A stretch of DNA of 32,000 bases from Candidatus Methanoperedens sp. (GTDB taxonomy: Archaea; Halobacteriota; Methanosarcinia; Methanosarcinales; Methanoperedenaceae). The notes beneath the pieces were generated by a model that had not been told where the DNA came from, did no database searches, and saw nothing but the letters and a program-made list of their open reading frames with translations. Location of the stretch: NCBI GenBank assembly GCA_027460535.1, contig JAPZAR010000014.1, positions 90,001 through 122,000 on the forward strand, written 5' to 3'. The first letter of the stretch is position 1, and each line of letters begins with the position of its first letter. Of the stretch, positions 1-9,720 are shown piece after piece. Made by a program: the position numbers and the translations under genes.

Positions 1-2637
1 TCCATCAGCTTTTGCAACAACACGAAGTTCTCCTCCAGGCTTTAAACTGCTGATACCATGAATATCGAATAGCTCATCACCTTTAAGTCCCAGCGTATCT
101 GCGTTCTCTCCTTTCTTGAACTGGAGTGGCAGAACACCCATTCCCAGGAGATTGCTCCTGTGGATACGCTCAAACGATTCAGCCATGACCGCCACGACCC
201 CCAGGAGATAAGTTCCCTTTGCAGCCCAATCACGGGAACTCCCTGTACCATATTCTTTTCCTGCAATGATGACAAGAGGTGTCCGGTTCTTTTTGTAAAG
301 CATCGCTGCATCATAAATGGTCATCTCCTCTCCGGACGGGAAATAACGCGTCCACCCGCCTTCCTTACCCGGAACTAGGCTGTTCCTAAGATTAATATTG
401 GCAAATGTTCCTCGCATCATGACTTCATGATTTCCTCTTCGAGACCCATAGGAATTGAAACCTTCCGGGGACACACCGCGGGAGATCAAATACTGACCTG
501 CAAGGCTATCCTGGGAAAATTCCCCTGCTGGAGAAATGTGATCTGTTGTGATACTATTTCCCAGGTACGCAAGCACCCTGGCCCCTCTGATCTCATTTCT
601 TTCAGGAGGCTTTGCCGGGAATTCTATGAAGAAGGGAGGTTCCTGGATATAGGTGGATGCCGGATCCCATTCATAGAGCTTGCCAGAAGGGATAGTAAGT
701 TCTTCCCAGAGTCTCGTACCACAAGATACTTCTGCATATTGTTGAGCATATAACCCCGGGTCAATAGTATTTTTTATGATTTGCCTGATATCTTCACTAG
801 CTGGCCATATCTCCTTTAAAAAAACCGGGTCATTATTGGGGTCGTATCCGATAGGTTCGGTCTTGAGATCAATATCTACCCTACCTGATATAGCATATGC
901 CACTACTAACGGGGGTGAAACCAGATAGTTTGCTTTGACAAGCGGGTTGATTCTCCCTTCAAAATTGCGATTTCCACTTAAGACCGACGCTACTACCAGG
1001 TTTCTCTCTTTCACCGCTTTCGCGACCGTAAGAGATATGGGACCACTATTACCTATGCAGGTCGTGCAACCATATCCAACAATGTGGAACCCCAGGGCTT
1101 CAAGATACGGCATGAGCCCAGAATTCCTGAGGTATTCAGTGACAACGCGTGAACCCGGGGCAAGACTTGTTTTCACGTAAGGTTTAACCTTAAGTCCATG
1201 TTCAACAGCTTTTTTCGCTAAAAGACCTGCTCCTATCATCACAGAAGGATTTGAAGTGTTCGTACAGGAGGTAATCGCTGCTATCACTATTGAGCCGTTT
1301 CTGATTGGAACATTTGATTCGTATTTGGCTTCGAGCGCCGACCCACCGGCAGGCTCATGCTCAACTTTGAAGCTGCCGCCTTCTCCAAGCCAGCGATGAT
1401 ATTCGTGATCCGCTTCCATTTCTGTTTTCTCTCTTCGGAAAGTCTCTTCCATGACCTTATGGAAACTTTGTTCCATTTGGTCAAGAGGTATACGATCCTG
1501 GGGTCGTTTAGGGCCCGCGAGGCTTGGTTCTACTGTCTGCATGTCCAATTCCAGAGTCTCGCTGAACAGAGGTTCGGGACTTTCATCCGTGTGGAAAAGA
1601 CCCTGCTCCATGGAATAGTTTTTGATAAGATCAACATCTTCTTTTTTCCTGCCTGTCTCCAGGAGATACTTTATTGTTTCTGCATCGATGGGAAAGAAAC
1701 CTGCGGTTGCTCCATATTCGGGAGCCATATTGGCGATGGTAGCCCTGTCGGGAAGGCTCAATCTGGCCAATCCCGGACCGTAGAATTCAACGAATTTGCC
1801 TACCACATTACGTTCCCTTAATATCTGGGTAATCGTGAGAACAAGGTCTGTGGCCGTAATTCCATCCTTGAGTTCGCCGCACAGCCTGAAACCCACAACA
1901 TCTGGAAGGGGCATATGGTATGGTTGGCCAAGCATGACCGCTTCTGCCTCTATCCCTCCAACACCCCATCCCAGAACTCCCAGGCCGTTGATCATTGTGG
2001 TGTGCGAATCGGTCCCGACAAGACTATCGGGATATGCTACAAGTTCATTATTCACTTTTTTGACATGTACCACAGATGCAAGGTATTCAAGATTTATCTG
2101 ATGGACTATTCCTCTCCCAGGTGGAATGACCCGAAAATTATCAAAAACCATACTGGCCCAGCGAAGAAGGGAATATCTCTCACGGTTCCGCTCGAATTCC
2201 TTTGTCTCATTGTGCATTCTTGCAAATGAGGTGCCGTAATAGTCCACCTGAATAGAATGGTCTATGACGAGATCCGCAGGTATGACCGGATTTATCCTGG
2301 AAGGGTCACCCCCAAGCCTCTCTACTGCCGATCTCATGGCCGCAAGATCAACAACCACGGGAACTCCGGTAAAATCCTGAAGAAGAACCCTGGCGGGTAT
2401 GAAAGGGATCTCGCGTTTGTTTCTTGTTTTCGGGTCCCATTGCGCACATAATTTAACGTCCTCTTCTGTAACGAGTTTCCCGTCCAGTTGCCGCAGGAGT
2501 GATTCAAGCAAGATCTTTATGGAGCAGGGGAGACGTGAGATGTTTTCGAAACCCATGTCTTCAAGCTTATTTAGTCGATAGATAACAAAAGTTCCTTTTG
2601 AAGTTTCAATAACATCCTTAATTTCAGAAAAATCCAC
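1..2637 (-). CDS. acnA: Aconitate hydratase (AcnA/IRP type); 879 codons in window, C-terminus runs off the left edge
   Basis: Manual minus-strand translation from GTG at 2637-2635 is stop-free down to position 1. The GTG follows an in-frame TGA and has GAGGT 6 nt upstream. Aconitase hallmarks are present: [104 protein letters not shown]. It is absent from the ORF track because no stop lies in the window. The short ORFs listed at 42-2581 are shadow frames. Confidence 0.9.
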   Translation of the reverse strand, partial: MDFSEIKDVIETSKGTFVIYRLNKLEDMGFENISRLPCSIKILLESLLRQLDGKLVTEEDVKLCAQWDPKTRNKREIPFIPARVLLQDFTGVPVVVDLAAMRSAVERLGGDPSRINPVIPADLVIDHSIQVDYYGTSFARMHNETKEFERNRERYSLLRWASMVFDNFRVIPPGRGIVHQINLEYLASVVHVKKVNNELVAYPDSLVGTDSHTTMINGLGVLGWGVGGIEAEAVMLGQPYHMPLPDVVGFRLCGELKDGITATDLVLTITQILRERNVVGKFVEFYGPGLARLSLPDRATIANMAPEYGATAGFFPIDAETIKYLLETGRKKEDVDLIKNYSMEQGLFHTDESPEPLFSETLELDMQTVEPSLAGPKRPQDRIPLDQMEQSFHKVMEETFRREKTEMEADHEYHRWLGEGGSFKVEHEPAGGSALEAKYESNVPIRNGSIVIAAITSCTNTSNPSVMIGAGLLAKKAVEHGLKVKPYVKTSLAPGSRVVTEYLRNSGLMPYLEALGFHIVGYGCTTCIGNSGPISLTVAKAVKERNLVVASVLSGNRNFEGRINPLVKANYLVSPPLVVAYAISGRVDIDLKTEPIGYDPNNDPVFLKEIWPASEDIRQIIKNTIDPGLYAQQYAEVSCGTRLWEELTIPSGKLYEWDPASTYIQEPPFFIEFPAKPPERNEIRGARVLAYLGNSITTDHISPAGEFSQDSLAGQYLISRGVSPEGFNSYGSRRGNHEVMMRGTFANINLRNSLVPGKEGGWTRYFPSGEEMTIYDAAMLYKKNRTPLVIIAGKEYGTGSSRDWAAKGTYLLGVVAVMAESFERIHRSNLLGMGVLPLQFKKGENADTLGLKGDELFDIHGISSLKPGGELRVVAKADG

Positions 2638-2685
2638 GTTCAGACCTCACTATTCCATCAATCGATCCATATTTCACCGTAAATT

Positions 2686-2732
2686 CGAACCCACTTTTGA
2701 AATCACAAGATTTTCTGACCGAACCCACTTTT
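2686..2732. promoter_or_regulatory. Two perfect copies of a 13-bp direct repeat (CGAACCCACTTTT) in the aconitase upstream region
   Basis: CGAACCCACTTTT occurs at 2686-2698 and 2720-2732, 34 nt apart. On the acn coding strand this is about 50 and 85 nt upstream of the GTG start. Calling it an operator is inference only. Confidence 0.3.
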
Positions 2733-3139
2733 TAATTTCTGGAGATGATTTCGAATTCTGATATCAAAGAATACATTATGTTTCATACCGGATAATAATA
2801 TCGCTAAGATGCTAATTACCCGAATCTTTCTTTTCAAGTTCTCTATTACCCAATTAAGAGTTTAATTCAGTCGCAGGTATATAATCGTCCTGTTCTCCAT
2901 AAATCCCCGTTTCAGCAGTAAATCCAGGTTATTGTTATGAATGGATCGACAATTTTAAGGGTTTATTTTATGTTTTAATAGCTTAATAAAGACAAATTTT
3001 GGTATTTAATTGTATATGAACTAATATTTTGTGAAAATATACGTATAAATTATTTTTATTTTAAAAAACTACATTATGGGGATTTATCAGAGCTTTTTAG
3101 ATTATAGCTTTATTGCTTAGTAGTTACATATTAAGTAAT

Positions 3140-3508
3140 ATGATTAGTATAATCGATAAATTCCTTCAGGAGCTCAAAATTAATGGCACGGCAGAGAAAA
3201 CTCTAACGGATTATAGTAGATTCTTAAAGAACATGAATAAGCTTAAGTCGCTTGAAAAGTGGGATAGAACCGATGTGAACAGGTACATTATGGAAAAGCA
3301 CGGTGAATGTTCAACAGTAACGGTGGAAAATTGCAGGGTCAAACTAAAGCGGTTTTTTACATGGGCTGGCAAATCTGAACTCGTAAGCCATCTTAAGACT
3401 GAAATGCCTGCAAATGACCTGTGCAGACCTGATATTATGACAGTTGAAGATGTTAATCTATTAAATTATGTTACACCATCGATTCCTTATAAGGCTTTAA
3501 TTTCGTAG
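3140..3508 (+). pseudogene. Tyrosine recombinase (XerC/D-like integrase) N-terminal SAM-like domain only; catalytic domain missing
   Basis: The sequence IDKFLQELKINGTAEKTLTDYSRFLKNMNK...VNRYIMEK...STVTVENCRVKLKRFFTWAG...MTVEDVNLL...PYKALIS* matches the N-terminal core-binding domain pattern. The ORF stops where the catalytic domain (R..HxxR..Y) should begin, and no continuation is seen in any frame. The track start at 3113 is TTG; ATG at 3140 is more likely. Confidence 0.7.
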
Positions 3509-3922
3509 TAATTTGAATCTGACGTTATCCTAAATTCTTTAGCCTCGCCGGGCATTAGAACGAGCGCGTGTTGAGGTCAGCCCGTACATGCACTTAATCC
3601 CTCCCAGTGAACTGTTCTCGCGGGTAAGCGCACATTCATTTCAGGGGAAATATAATTTGGCGTATCAGGAACAGGAAACCATACTTTCCGAATACGAAAT
3701 CCGCGTTAATTCCCTTAAGCGTCTTAATTATTTCGTCGGGATTTCTGACATAATCCATAATATCCAGGTGAAGAACGGCCAACCTTTACCTTGCTTAAGC
3801 CACTCCCGGAATTTGTCCATTTGCTGCTTAGCGCGTTATTTATTTGATCCGGAGCATGCCGAATTATCAAAACGCAGCAATTGCAATAAACAATACTGCC
3901 GCAAAAATTAAGGTTTTCTTGT

Positions 3923-5011
3923 TCACATTTTTCGCCTATTTATTGTTAAAATCCTCGACCCATAAGCCGGTACGCGGACTTTCAGTTCCTTGGAATTGCC
4001 TGCAAATGTTTCATTATCTAACAAATCGTAAGTGATTGCGGTATCCTCGTTGAATCTCGTATTAACAATAGCGTCAACGGGTTTGCCGTTTATATTTACG
4101 ATCACGGTAATAGACTCGTTTCCATCCCAGCGGTTGTATGCGATAAGTTTCGGAATTTTCGGGCTTATCAGGGCGTCTTCGATATTATCCGATTGCAAAG
4201 CTGGAAAAGCTTTCTTGATTGCAATGAGTTTTTTATATTGTTCCTTTAAAATGTCCGGCTTATATCCAAGCGCTTTTGCAATTTCTTCATTGAGAATAAT
4301 TTGGTATTCCCCTATCCAAATAATATTGCCCGGAGCCGTGGCGTCCAGGGTTATAAAAGCGTTTGAAACATCAGGTTTGAGCAAATCAAGAAAATCATAA
4401 GCCTCAACCCACATATTCACGAATTTTGCAGTTTTTGCGTATTTTCCTTCAAGCTCGTTTTGTACTAATTTGACGGCATTGATATAATTGTCCGAATAGG
4501 ATGGAGGCTTTCCCTCGTAAACTGATTTCAGAAGGCCCCTGAAATTATAGGCCTGCACCCAATCAAAATATATTCCAAGTGTCCTGTTTACGCGGGGATC
4601 AGACCACCATCCGGAAACGTCACCATTGCAGGTCTTAATGATAATGTCATCTGGCATATCCCGCGAGGTCATAAATGGTATTTCCCCTGCGAAGGTCAAG
4701 TTCTTTCCCGTTTCTTTTTCCAGCTCTTCAATTTTGTTACGCATGGCGTTTGCAAGTGGCTCAGGACTAAAGTAACCATTGACAGGTGTCAGGCATTCAG
4801 AACCCTTTGCAAAGCCGGTTTTATCACACAAGTTCTTTATGTAGGAATCGCAGTATGCCATCCCTCCTGAATCCAAATATACCCCATCCATATCCCATTT
4901 CTTTATCCAAAGCGGAAGAACCGTGCCGGTTACGTAATTTATGAGCTCGGGATTGGCCTTATTCTGGAATGCGGTTGAGTATGGGAGGGAGAGGTTGTAA
5001 AGCTCTTTACA
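3923..5011 (-). pseudogene. GH13 (alpha-amylase family) glycoside hydrolase, 5'-truncated remnant
   Basis: The frame is open from 5011, but the first usable start is ATG at 4891. Upstream in-frame residues read LYNLSLPYSTAFQNKANPELINYVTGTVLPLWIKKWDMDGVYLDSGG. This resembles GH13 conserved region II (NPEV..W...DGFRLD). The C-terminus (LIAIKKAFPALQ ... AYNRWDGNESITVIVNINGKPVD ... KVRVPAYGSRIL) resembles the GH13 C-terminal beta domain. The N-terminal roughly 150-200 aa of the barrel, including region I, are absent. The frame ends 50 nt from the divergent KAP gene start. Confidence 0.6.
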
Positions 5012-5060
5012 TTATTTAATGAAAGGCTTTATGAAGAAAAAAGGTTAATCTAACAGCAGG

Positions 5061-7673
5061 ATGGTGTCGAAATTCTCAGATGTTGCGGTAGAGAAAATAA
5101 AGGATGACAAGCTTGGTTTCAGTGAGTATGCCAACGGAATAATCAATACTATTGAGGGCATATCCAGCGATGATACACCTTTCACCATTGGCATTTTTGG
5201 GAGCTGGGGTTCAGGCAAAACGAGTCTAATGAATATTACTAAAGCGGAATTGGAGCGCAGAGGTTATAAGACCGTATTTTTTAAATCTTGGGAGTATGGA
5301 AACGAAGAGAAGCCCTGGATTCCATTTATGGTTCAAATTGTGAATGAGCTTTTTAAAGATGAGAACGATAATAAGAAGTTGCTGCGTGAGTCGCTGCGGA
5401 ACATATTCCTTTTTTCTACCGACTCAGTGCTCCAATTTTATTCTGGAGGAAAGATATCAACCGGAGGCGTTATGGAGCTGGTGAAGAAAAGCAAGAAAGC
5501 CAGTCCCTTTAAAGAATGGTCTGATGAAGATGTGAAATTAGTGATAGAGAGGATAACCAAGATTGAAAAGTTTAAGGGCGCAATTGAAAAAAAGGTTAAA
5601 CTGTCGCAGAAGGAAGAGTTCTTCAAACGGCTTTGGTGGAGAATAAAAACAAAGGACAGGGCAGAAAAGCCATCGAAAGGCAAGCTCGTCATTTTTATCG
5701 ATGACCTGGATAGAATACCTGAGAAATTGATTGATTTCTTGAACAGTTTGAAGATATTCCTGGATATCAATGGCTGTATCTTCATCCTGGGCTGTGACTA
5801 TGGGATACTGGAAGCTGAGCTCAAGACGAGATACAAAGAGGAGAATTATGAGTTTTATTATGAAAATTATTTCGATAAAATAGTTCAGGCTGAATTTTAT
5901 ATCCCAAGAATAAGCGAGCAGGCAATAACCAGCTATTTGCAATCGTTAACAGGCGGGACTGTTGAAGAGATTGAAAAATACACACAGCTTGTGAATCACA
6001 GCATCGGTGGTAATCCGAGAAAGATCAAGAGAGTGGTGAATGCTACAGCGCTCATTCTGAGCGTGTTCGAGAGCAAGTTGTTCACAGTTTTAGAGGAATT
6101 TCAAAGACCAAAGCTTAGAGGGGAAGAAAAGACCGAAGAATCCTCGGCACTGGAACGGGGAATCACGCGAGTTTTCACTCCCGACCAGGTATTCAACATC
6201 TTATTTGACAGGAGTGTGCTGTTCAAACTGATGTGCATGAGGGAACGGTGGTATAACCTCTACCAGCGGATTTTGAGCGAAGAGCAACTGCAGAGTGCTC
6301 TATATTCTCTTCAGGATGAAAATACAACAGCAGAGACATTTAAACTGCTGAGGGAGGCAGCTGGAGAGAAGGGAGAGAAATTAAAAGAGACTGAAAGGAA
6401 CCTGTGCAAATTTCTGAAAAAAGAACCCAAATTCAGGGATGTAATGGACTTGAAAACATATCTGACCTTGCTGGAGATTTCATCGCCTGATGCGGGCATG
6501 CTTCTGGAATATGAAAACCCTGAGAAGCTGCCCATCGACCTTTTCAATCGCTACATGATATTTGAGCATATAAATAAAGGAAAAGTTAAGAAAGAAGTTG
6601 TCGAAGAAAAAATAAAACAAATGGATTGGAAAAGTAGTTTGAGCACTTACTATTTCTTTGTTGAAGTAATAAGCGTTTTTGGATATGATGAACTAATAAA
6701 AGTTCTCTTCTCTAATGGAAAAAGTCTAAAGTGCATTGAAGAGAAGATAAAAGTGGACTCAGACATTAATGCAGTGGGATCAATGCTTAACTATGTGAGA
6801 GACTTTAATTTAATAGGAGCAAAAGAAATTCTTAACAAAACAAAGAATGATATTGAAATGAAAATAAGAGATAGTGATGACCTTAATGCAATAGGATTGT
6901 TACTTATTTATGTGAAATGGATAGATCCTGAAACTGCAGAAGAACTTCTCAATGAAACAAAGAAAGACTATGCAGATAAAATAAGAAAAAGTAATACCCT
7001 TCGAGGATTAAGAAGGCTGCTCTATATAATGAGAGGAACAGGAGACAAAACAGCAGAAGAGCTTCTCAATAAAACAAAGAATGATATTGCAAGGATAATA
7101 AAAGAGAGCTCTGACCTATGGGGAATAAGTCTGATGCTCTCGATTATTAGAAAGATAAATCCAAAAATAGCAGAAGAACTCCTTAACGAAACACAAAAAG
7201 ATTATGCAATGAAAATAGGAGAAAGTAATGACCTGGTGGCAATAGGCAGCCTGCTAACTAATGTGAAAAAATTAGATAGTAAGGCGGCAAAAAGACTTGT
7301 CAATGAAACGAAAAATTATTATACTTATAAAATAAATATAAGTGCAGACCTTTCAGCAATAGCAGAATTGTTCCTTAGTGTTGAAAAGATAAATCCCTTT
7401 ATAGCAAAATCACTCTTAAATAAAATAAAAACTATTATTGAGATGAAAATAAGAGAGAGCAGTGATCCGCGCGCGATAGAATACTTATTCATTTGCATTA
7501 AAAAAACAGATGATGTTATAGCAGATGAAATCCTCATAGAAATAAAGGATCATTATATAGATATAGTAAAAGACAAGCCAGAACTCTTAATGGGAGGAGA
7601 ACTCTTCGACAGAATAAGAACATTAGAGGAAGAATCAACTAATGTTGATCACATCACTAAGAAATTAAAATAA
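5061..7673 (+). CDS. KAP-family P-loop NTPase with a C-terminal array of 39-aa helical repeats (870 aa)
   Basis: Walker A is FGSWGSGKTSLMN (nt about 5196-5234). Walker B is KLVIFIDDLDRIPEK (nt about 5683-5727), which is the KAP hhhhDDLDR signature. GGNPRKIKRVVN lies downstream. The C-terminal roughly 300 aa form tandem repeats (see the repeat feature). Confidence 0.85.
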   Translation: MVSKFSDVAVEKIKDDKLGFSEYANGIINTIEGISSDDTPFTIGIFGSWGSGKTSLMNITKAELERRGYKTVFFKSWEYGNEEKPWIPFMVQIVNELFKDENDNKKLLRESLRNIFLFSTDSVLQFYSGGKISTGGVMELVKKSKKASPFKEWSDEDVKLVIERITKIEKFKGAIEKKVKLSQKEEFFKRLWWRIKTKDRAEKPSKGKLVIFIDDLDRIPEKLIDFLNSLKIFLDINGCIFILGCDYGILEAELKTRYKEENYEFYYENYFDKIVQAEFYIPRISEQAITSYLQSLTGGTVEEIEKYTQLVNHSIGGNPRKIKRVVNATALILSVFESKLFTVLEEFQRPKLRGEEKTEESSALERGITRVFTPDQVFNILFDRSVLFKLMCMRERWYNLYQRILSEEQLQSALYSLQDENTTAETFKLLREAAGEKGEKLKETERNLCKFLKKEPKFRDVMDLKTYLTLLEISSPDAGMLLEYENPEKLPIDLFNRYMIFEHINKGKVKKEVVEEKIKQMDWKSSLSTYYFFVEVISVFGYDELIKVLFSNGKSLKCIEEKIKVDSDINAVGSMLNYVRDFNLIGAKEILNKTKNDIEMKIRDSDDLNAIGLLLIYVKWIDPETAEELLNETKKDYADKIRKSNTLRGLRRLLYIMRGTGDKTAEELLNKTKNDIARIIKESSDLWGISLMLSIIRKINPKIAEELLNETQKDYAMKIGESNDLVAIGSLLTNVKKLDSKAAKRLVNETKNYYTYKINISADLSAIAELFLSVEKINPFIAKSLLNKIKTIIEMKIRESSDPRAIEYLFICIKKTDDVIADEILIEIKDHYIDIVKDKPELLMGGELFDRIRTLEEESTNVDHITKKLK
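6729..7620 (+). repeat. Intragenic in-frame tandem repeat, period 117 nt (39 aa), about 7.5 units, diverged
   Basis: Unit consensus is roughly K-x-D-I/Y-x-x-K-I-R-E-S-x-D-L-x-A-I-G-x-L-L-x-x-V-x-K-I-D/N-P-x-x-A-E-E-L-L-N-E-T. The N-(E/K)-T-K codon strings recur at 6834, 6951, 7068, 7185, 7302, 7419 and 7536, exactly 117 nt apart. Nucleotide identity between units is only partial, so this is an old protein-level repeat. Confidence 0.8.
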
Positions 7674-8180
7674 TATACCTATATCCAGAGCGAGATTTCC
7701 TAAATATGCTTGAGGTTTATTTCTAAAATTTGAAGGATTATTTAACATTGGTTTTAATGGAAAATTAAGAATTGCCATAAATATGTCTATAAAATAATTT
7801 ATTAACTTTACAAAACTATCGATTAATCTTCATGTCCACAGACTCTGGACACGAACATTAATACATTTCCTGTCATTTATCGTAATATTTATCCCAAAAA
7901 TCAGGTGCAAAAGGAAATAAAAAAGTTTTAGCAACTCGTATTGATTTCTTGCTAATTCTAATGAAGGCAGAGTACGGGAAAGGAGAAATGGATATCGGGA
8001 AAAACAACCTACATAGTCCTGAAATCTTTGACCTTATTATAAAGGAACATCTGTCCACCGAAAAAAATATATTGCATGAGCATTAGTATAAATAATTAAG
8101 GTGGTATTTTCATTAAGGGCATAATCAAGACCTCATTCTTGATATAATAAATAGCACCTTAAAATGAAAAAGGAGAAATC

Positions 8181-8716
8181 ATGTCAAAAATTACACATGT
8201 TGTAATCGAAAGTGTTTTATATGATGTGCAGTTACTCACAGCTGCTACGCTGGCTGAATTTGTGGAAGATGTACCGAGATATAAATTGGAAGATGTTTTG
8301 AAGAACCCATCATACAAAGCTATCAAGAAACTAAATAAAATCAAAATATAATTCATTTTGTAGTGGGATTGGGAGAGACAATTCCACACCGATTGTTTTA
8401 TCCCAGAAAGTAAAGATGAACTTACAGGTTATTTCGAAGATGAAGATGTGGATGCAATGTTTGATTTGATTTCAAGCTTGAGGAAAGATCAGTTTTCATA
8501 TTCTGAATTAACATGGGCTGCGAAAAATAATGAAGAATTTAGATCGCTTGATCTAAATATTATTCTTAAAGCTCTTTTTGATTGAAGCGCTATAGTAATG
8601 TAGCATTGATGTTGGATGGAAAAACACATCTCTTTTTCAAATATAGAAACAAACAAGCGCATATAAATTTAAACGATACAATAAAAAAATACACAGAGCG
8701 TTATCGAAGGGATTAG
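8181..8716 (+). pseudogene. Decayed ORF of unknown family (in-frame TAA, TAG and TGA plus a frameshift)
   Basis: ATG at 8181 has AGGAG upstream and gives MSKITHVVIESVLYDVQLLTAATLAEFVEDVPRYKLEDVLKNPSYKAIKKLNKIKI, then TAA at 8349. The same frame continues FIL, then TAG at 8361, then WDWERQFHTDCFIPESKDELTGYFEDEDVDAMFDLISSLRKDQFSYSELTWAAKNNEEFRSLDLNIILKALFD, then TGA. A protein-like tail (LMLDGKTHLFFKYRNKQAHINLNDTIKKYTERYRRD*) follows in another frame and ends at 8716. Confidence 0.45.
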
Positions 8717-9375
8717 ACTTTAAATTGAAAAGCAATTCCAAGTTGTTGAAATAGACTCTTGATAAACATTGTGCGCTATTTTTTGAGGTCAAGAAGAGGT
8801 CTGGCTTCCTATAACCTTTTGGAGTATGAGTTCTCTACTAGATGTCAGTCACAAATCCCATACGACGTGCGAACCCTAATAATCGCTTTTTACTAAAAGA
8901 GTATTAACATTAACAACAGTCAAGCAATACAACATAAATATTATGAATTGTATGGCATGATCGTGGTCAAAACTAAAGCATTCCCTCTAATGTCCTGATC
9001 ATCGGCAGACTTTATTTTCAAGCGGCTTTATCGTAACATATTAACCGGTAATCGTAAAATCGGGTATATTGTGTGTGGTGGTGTGGATGCATCGGTGTGG
9101 GCGCATGAGAACGTCTATTGTCCAATGTTACTCAGATCATAAAATGGTCATGTAAAAAATTATTTTGAGCCTGGTTTGTGAACCGGCAGGTAAATGCTTT
9201 AATATCGAAATGGTTACTCTTGGGGCTTGACTTCTTTAGTAGCCGACAACCTTAAATAAACTTAGTGTGTTCTCTTATTTGCAGTTTGGGAAAGCGGTTA
9301 GATGCTATTGTTCACTAGGCATACTTGACAACTTTGGCTAAAAGCATGTGATTAAAATAGAAGGAGGTGAAATGA

Positions 9376-9675
9376 ATGACAAAGTTTCTCGTACTTTGGG
9401 AAGTGGATGCGACTAAAGTGCCAGATAAACCTGAAGAGCGATTTGAGAACTGGACCAAGATGTTGAATATGGTCAAAGAGGCCTTAGATAGTGGCAAAAT
9501 GACGGATTGGGGAGAGTTTGCTGGTAGAATTTCAGGATACACTATCACTGAAGGAACTGAACAGGAGATCGCCCTTGAATTATTGAGGTATGTTCCGTAC
9601 ATCAAGTTCAAAACGTACCCAGTCATCTCGGTCGACCAAGTATTAGAAAACGTAAAAGCTCTGTCACAGGGTTAA
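9376..9675 (+). CDS. Small (99 aa) soluble hypothetical protein
   Basis: A strong SD (AAGGAGGTGA) lies upstream of ATG 9376, and a hairpin plus T-run terminator follows directly. The sequence starts MTKFLVLWEVDATKVPDKPEERFENW. I could not assign a family with confidence. Confidence 0.6.
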   Translation: MTKFLVLWEVDATKVPDKPEERFENWTKMLNMVKEALDSGKMTDWGEFAGRISGYTITEGTEQEIALELLRYVPYIKFKTYPVISVDQVLENVKALSQG

Positions 9676-9687
9676 ACTATGGAAATT

Positions 9688-9720
9688 CGGGGGATTCAAA
9701 TCGCCCCCGTTTCTTTTTTT
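9688..9720 (+). terminator. GC hairpin followed by an oligo-T tract
   Basis: CGGGGG (9688-9693) pairs with CCCCCG (9704-9709) around a 10-nt loop. TTTCTTTTTTT follows at 9710-9720, 13 nt after the stop of the 99-aa gene. Confidence 0.5.

Noticed and set aside
42-2581. About a dozen 60-154-aa ORFs listed on both strands across the first 2.6 kb
   Set aside because: All lie inside or antisense to the continuous aconitase reading frame (minus strand, 1-2637), which carries unmistakable family motifs. They are shadow ORFs.
3505-3524. The sequence GTAGTAATTTGAATCTGACG, right where the integrase fragment ends, resembles the tRNA-Trp T-arm region (GGTGAGATTTGAACTCACGA at 10131-10150). It could be an att site or an SSV-type split integrase.
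   Set aside because: Only about 12 of 14 positions match, around an AT-rich core, and one indel is needed. The sequence cannot fold as a T arm. Its orientation would place the element on the wrong side. No int(C) fragment was found. This is too weak to call.
6729-7620. The 117-nt periodic repeat considered as a recent perfect tandem DNA repeat (Borg-like TR or an assembly artefact)
   Set aside because: The units are substantially diverged at the nucleotide level while the amino-acid heptad pattern and the frame are conserved. This is an ancient protein-domain repeat, not a recent DNA expansion.
8349-8585. In-frame TAG, TAA and TGA considered as possible recoding (pyrrolysine, selenocysteine or an alternative code)
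   Set aside because: All three different stop codons occur within one short ORF, followed by a frameshift, in a region full of other pseudogenes. Every housekeeping gene in the window uses standard stops. Simple decay is the better explanation.
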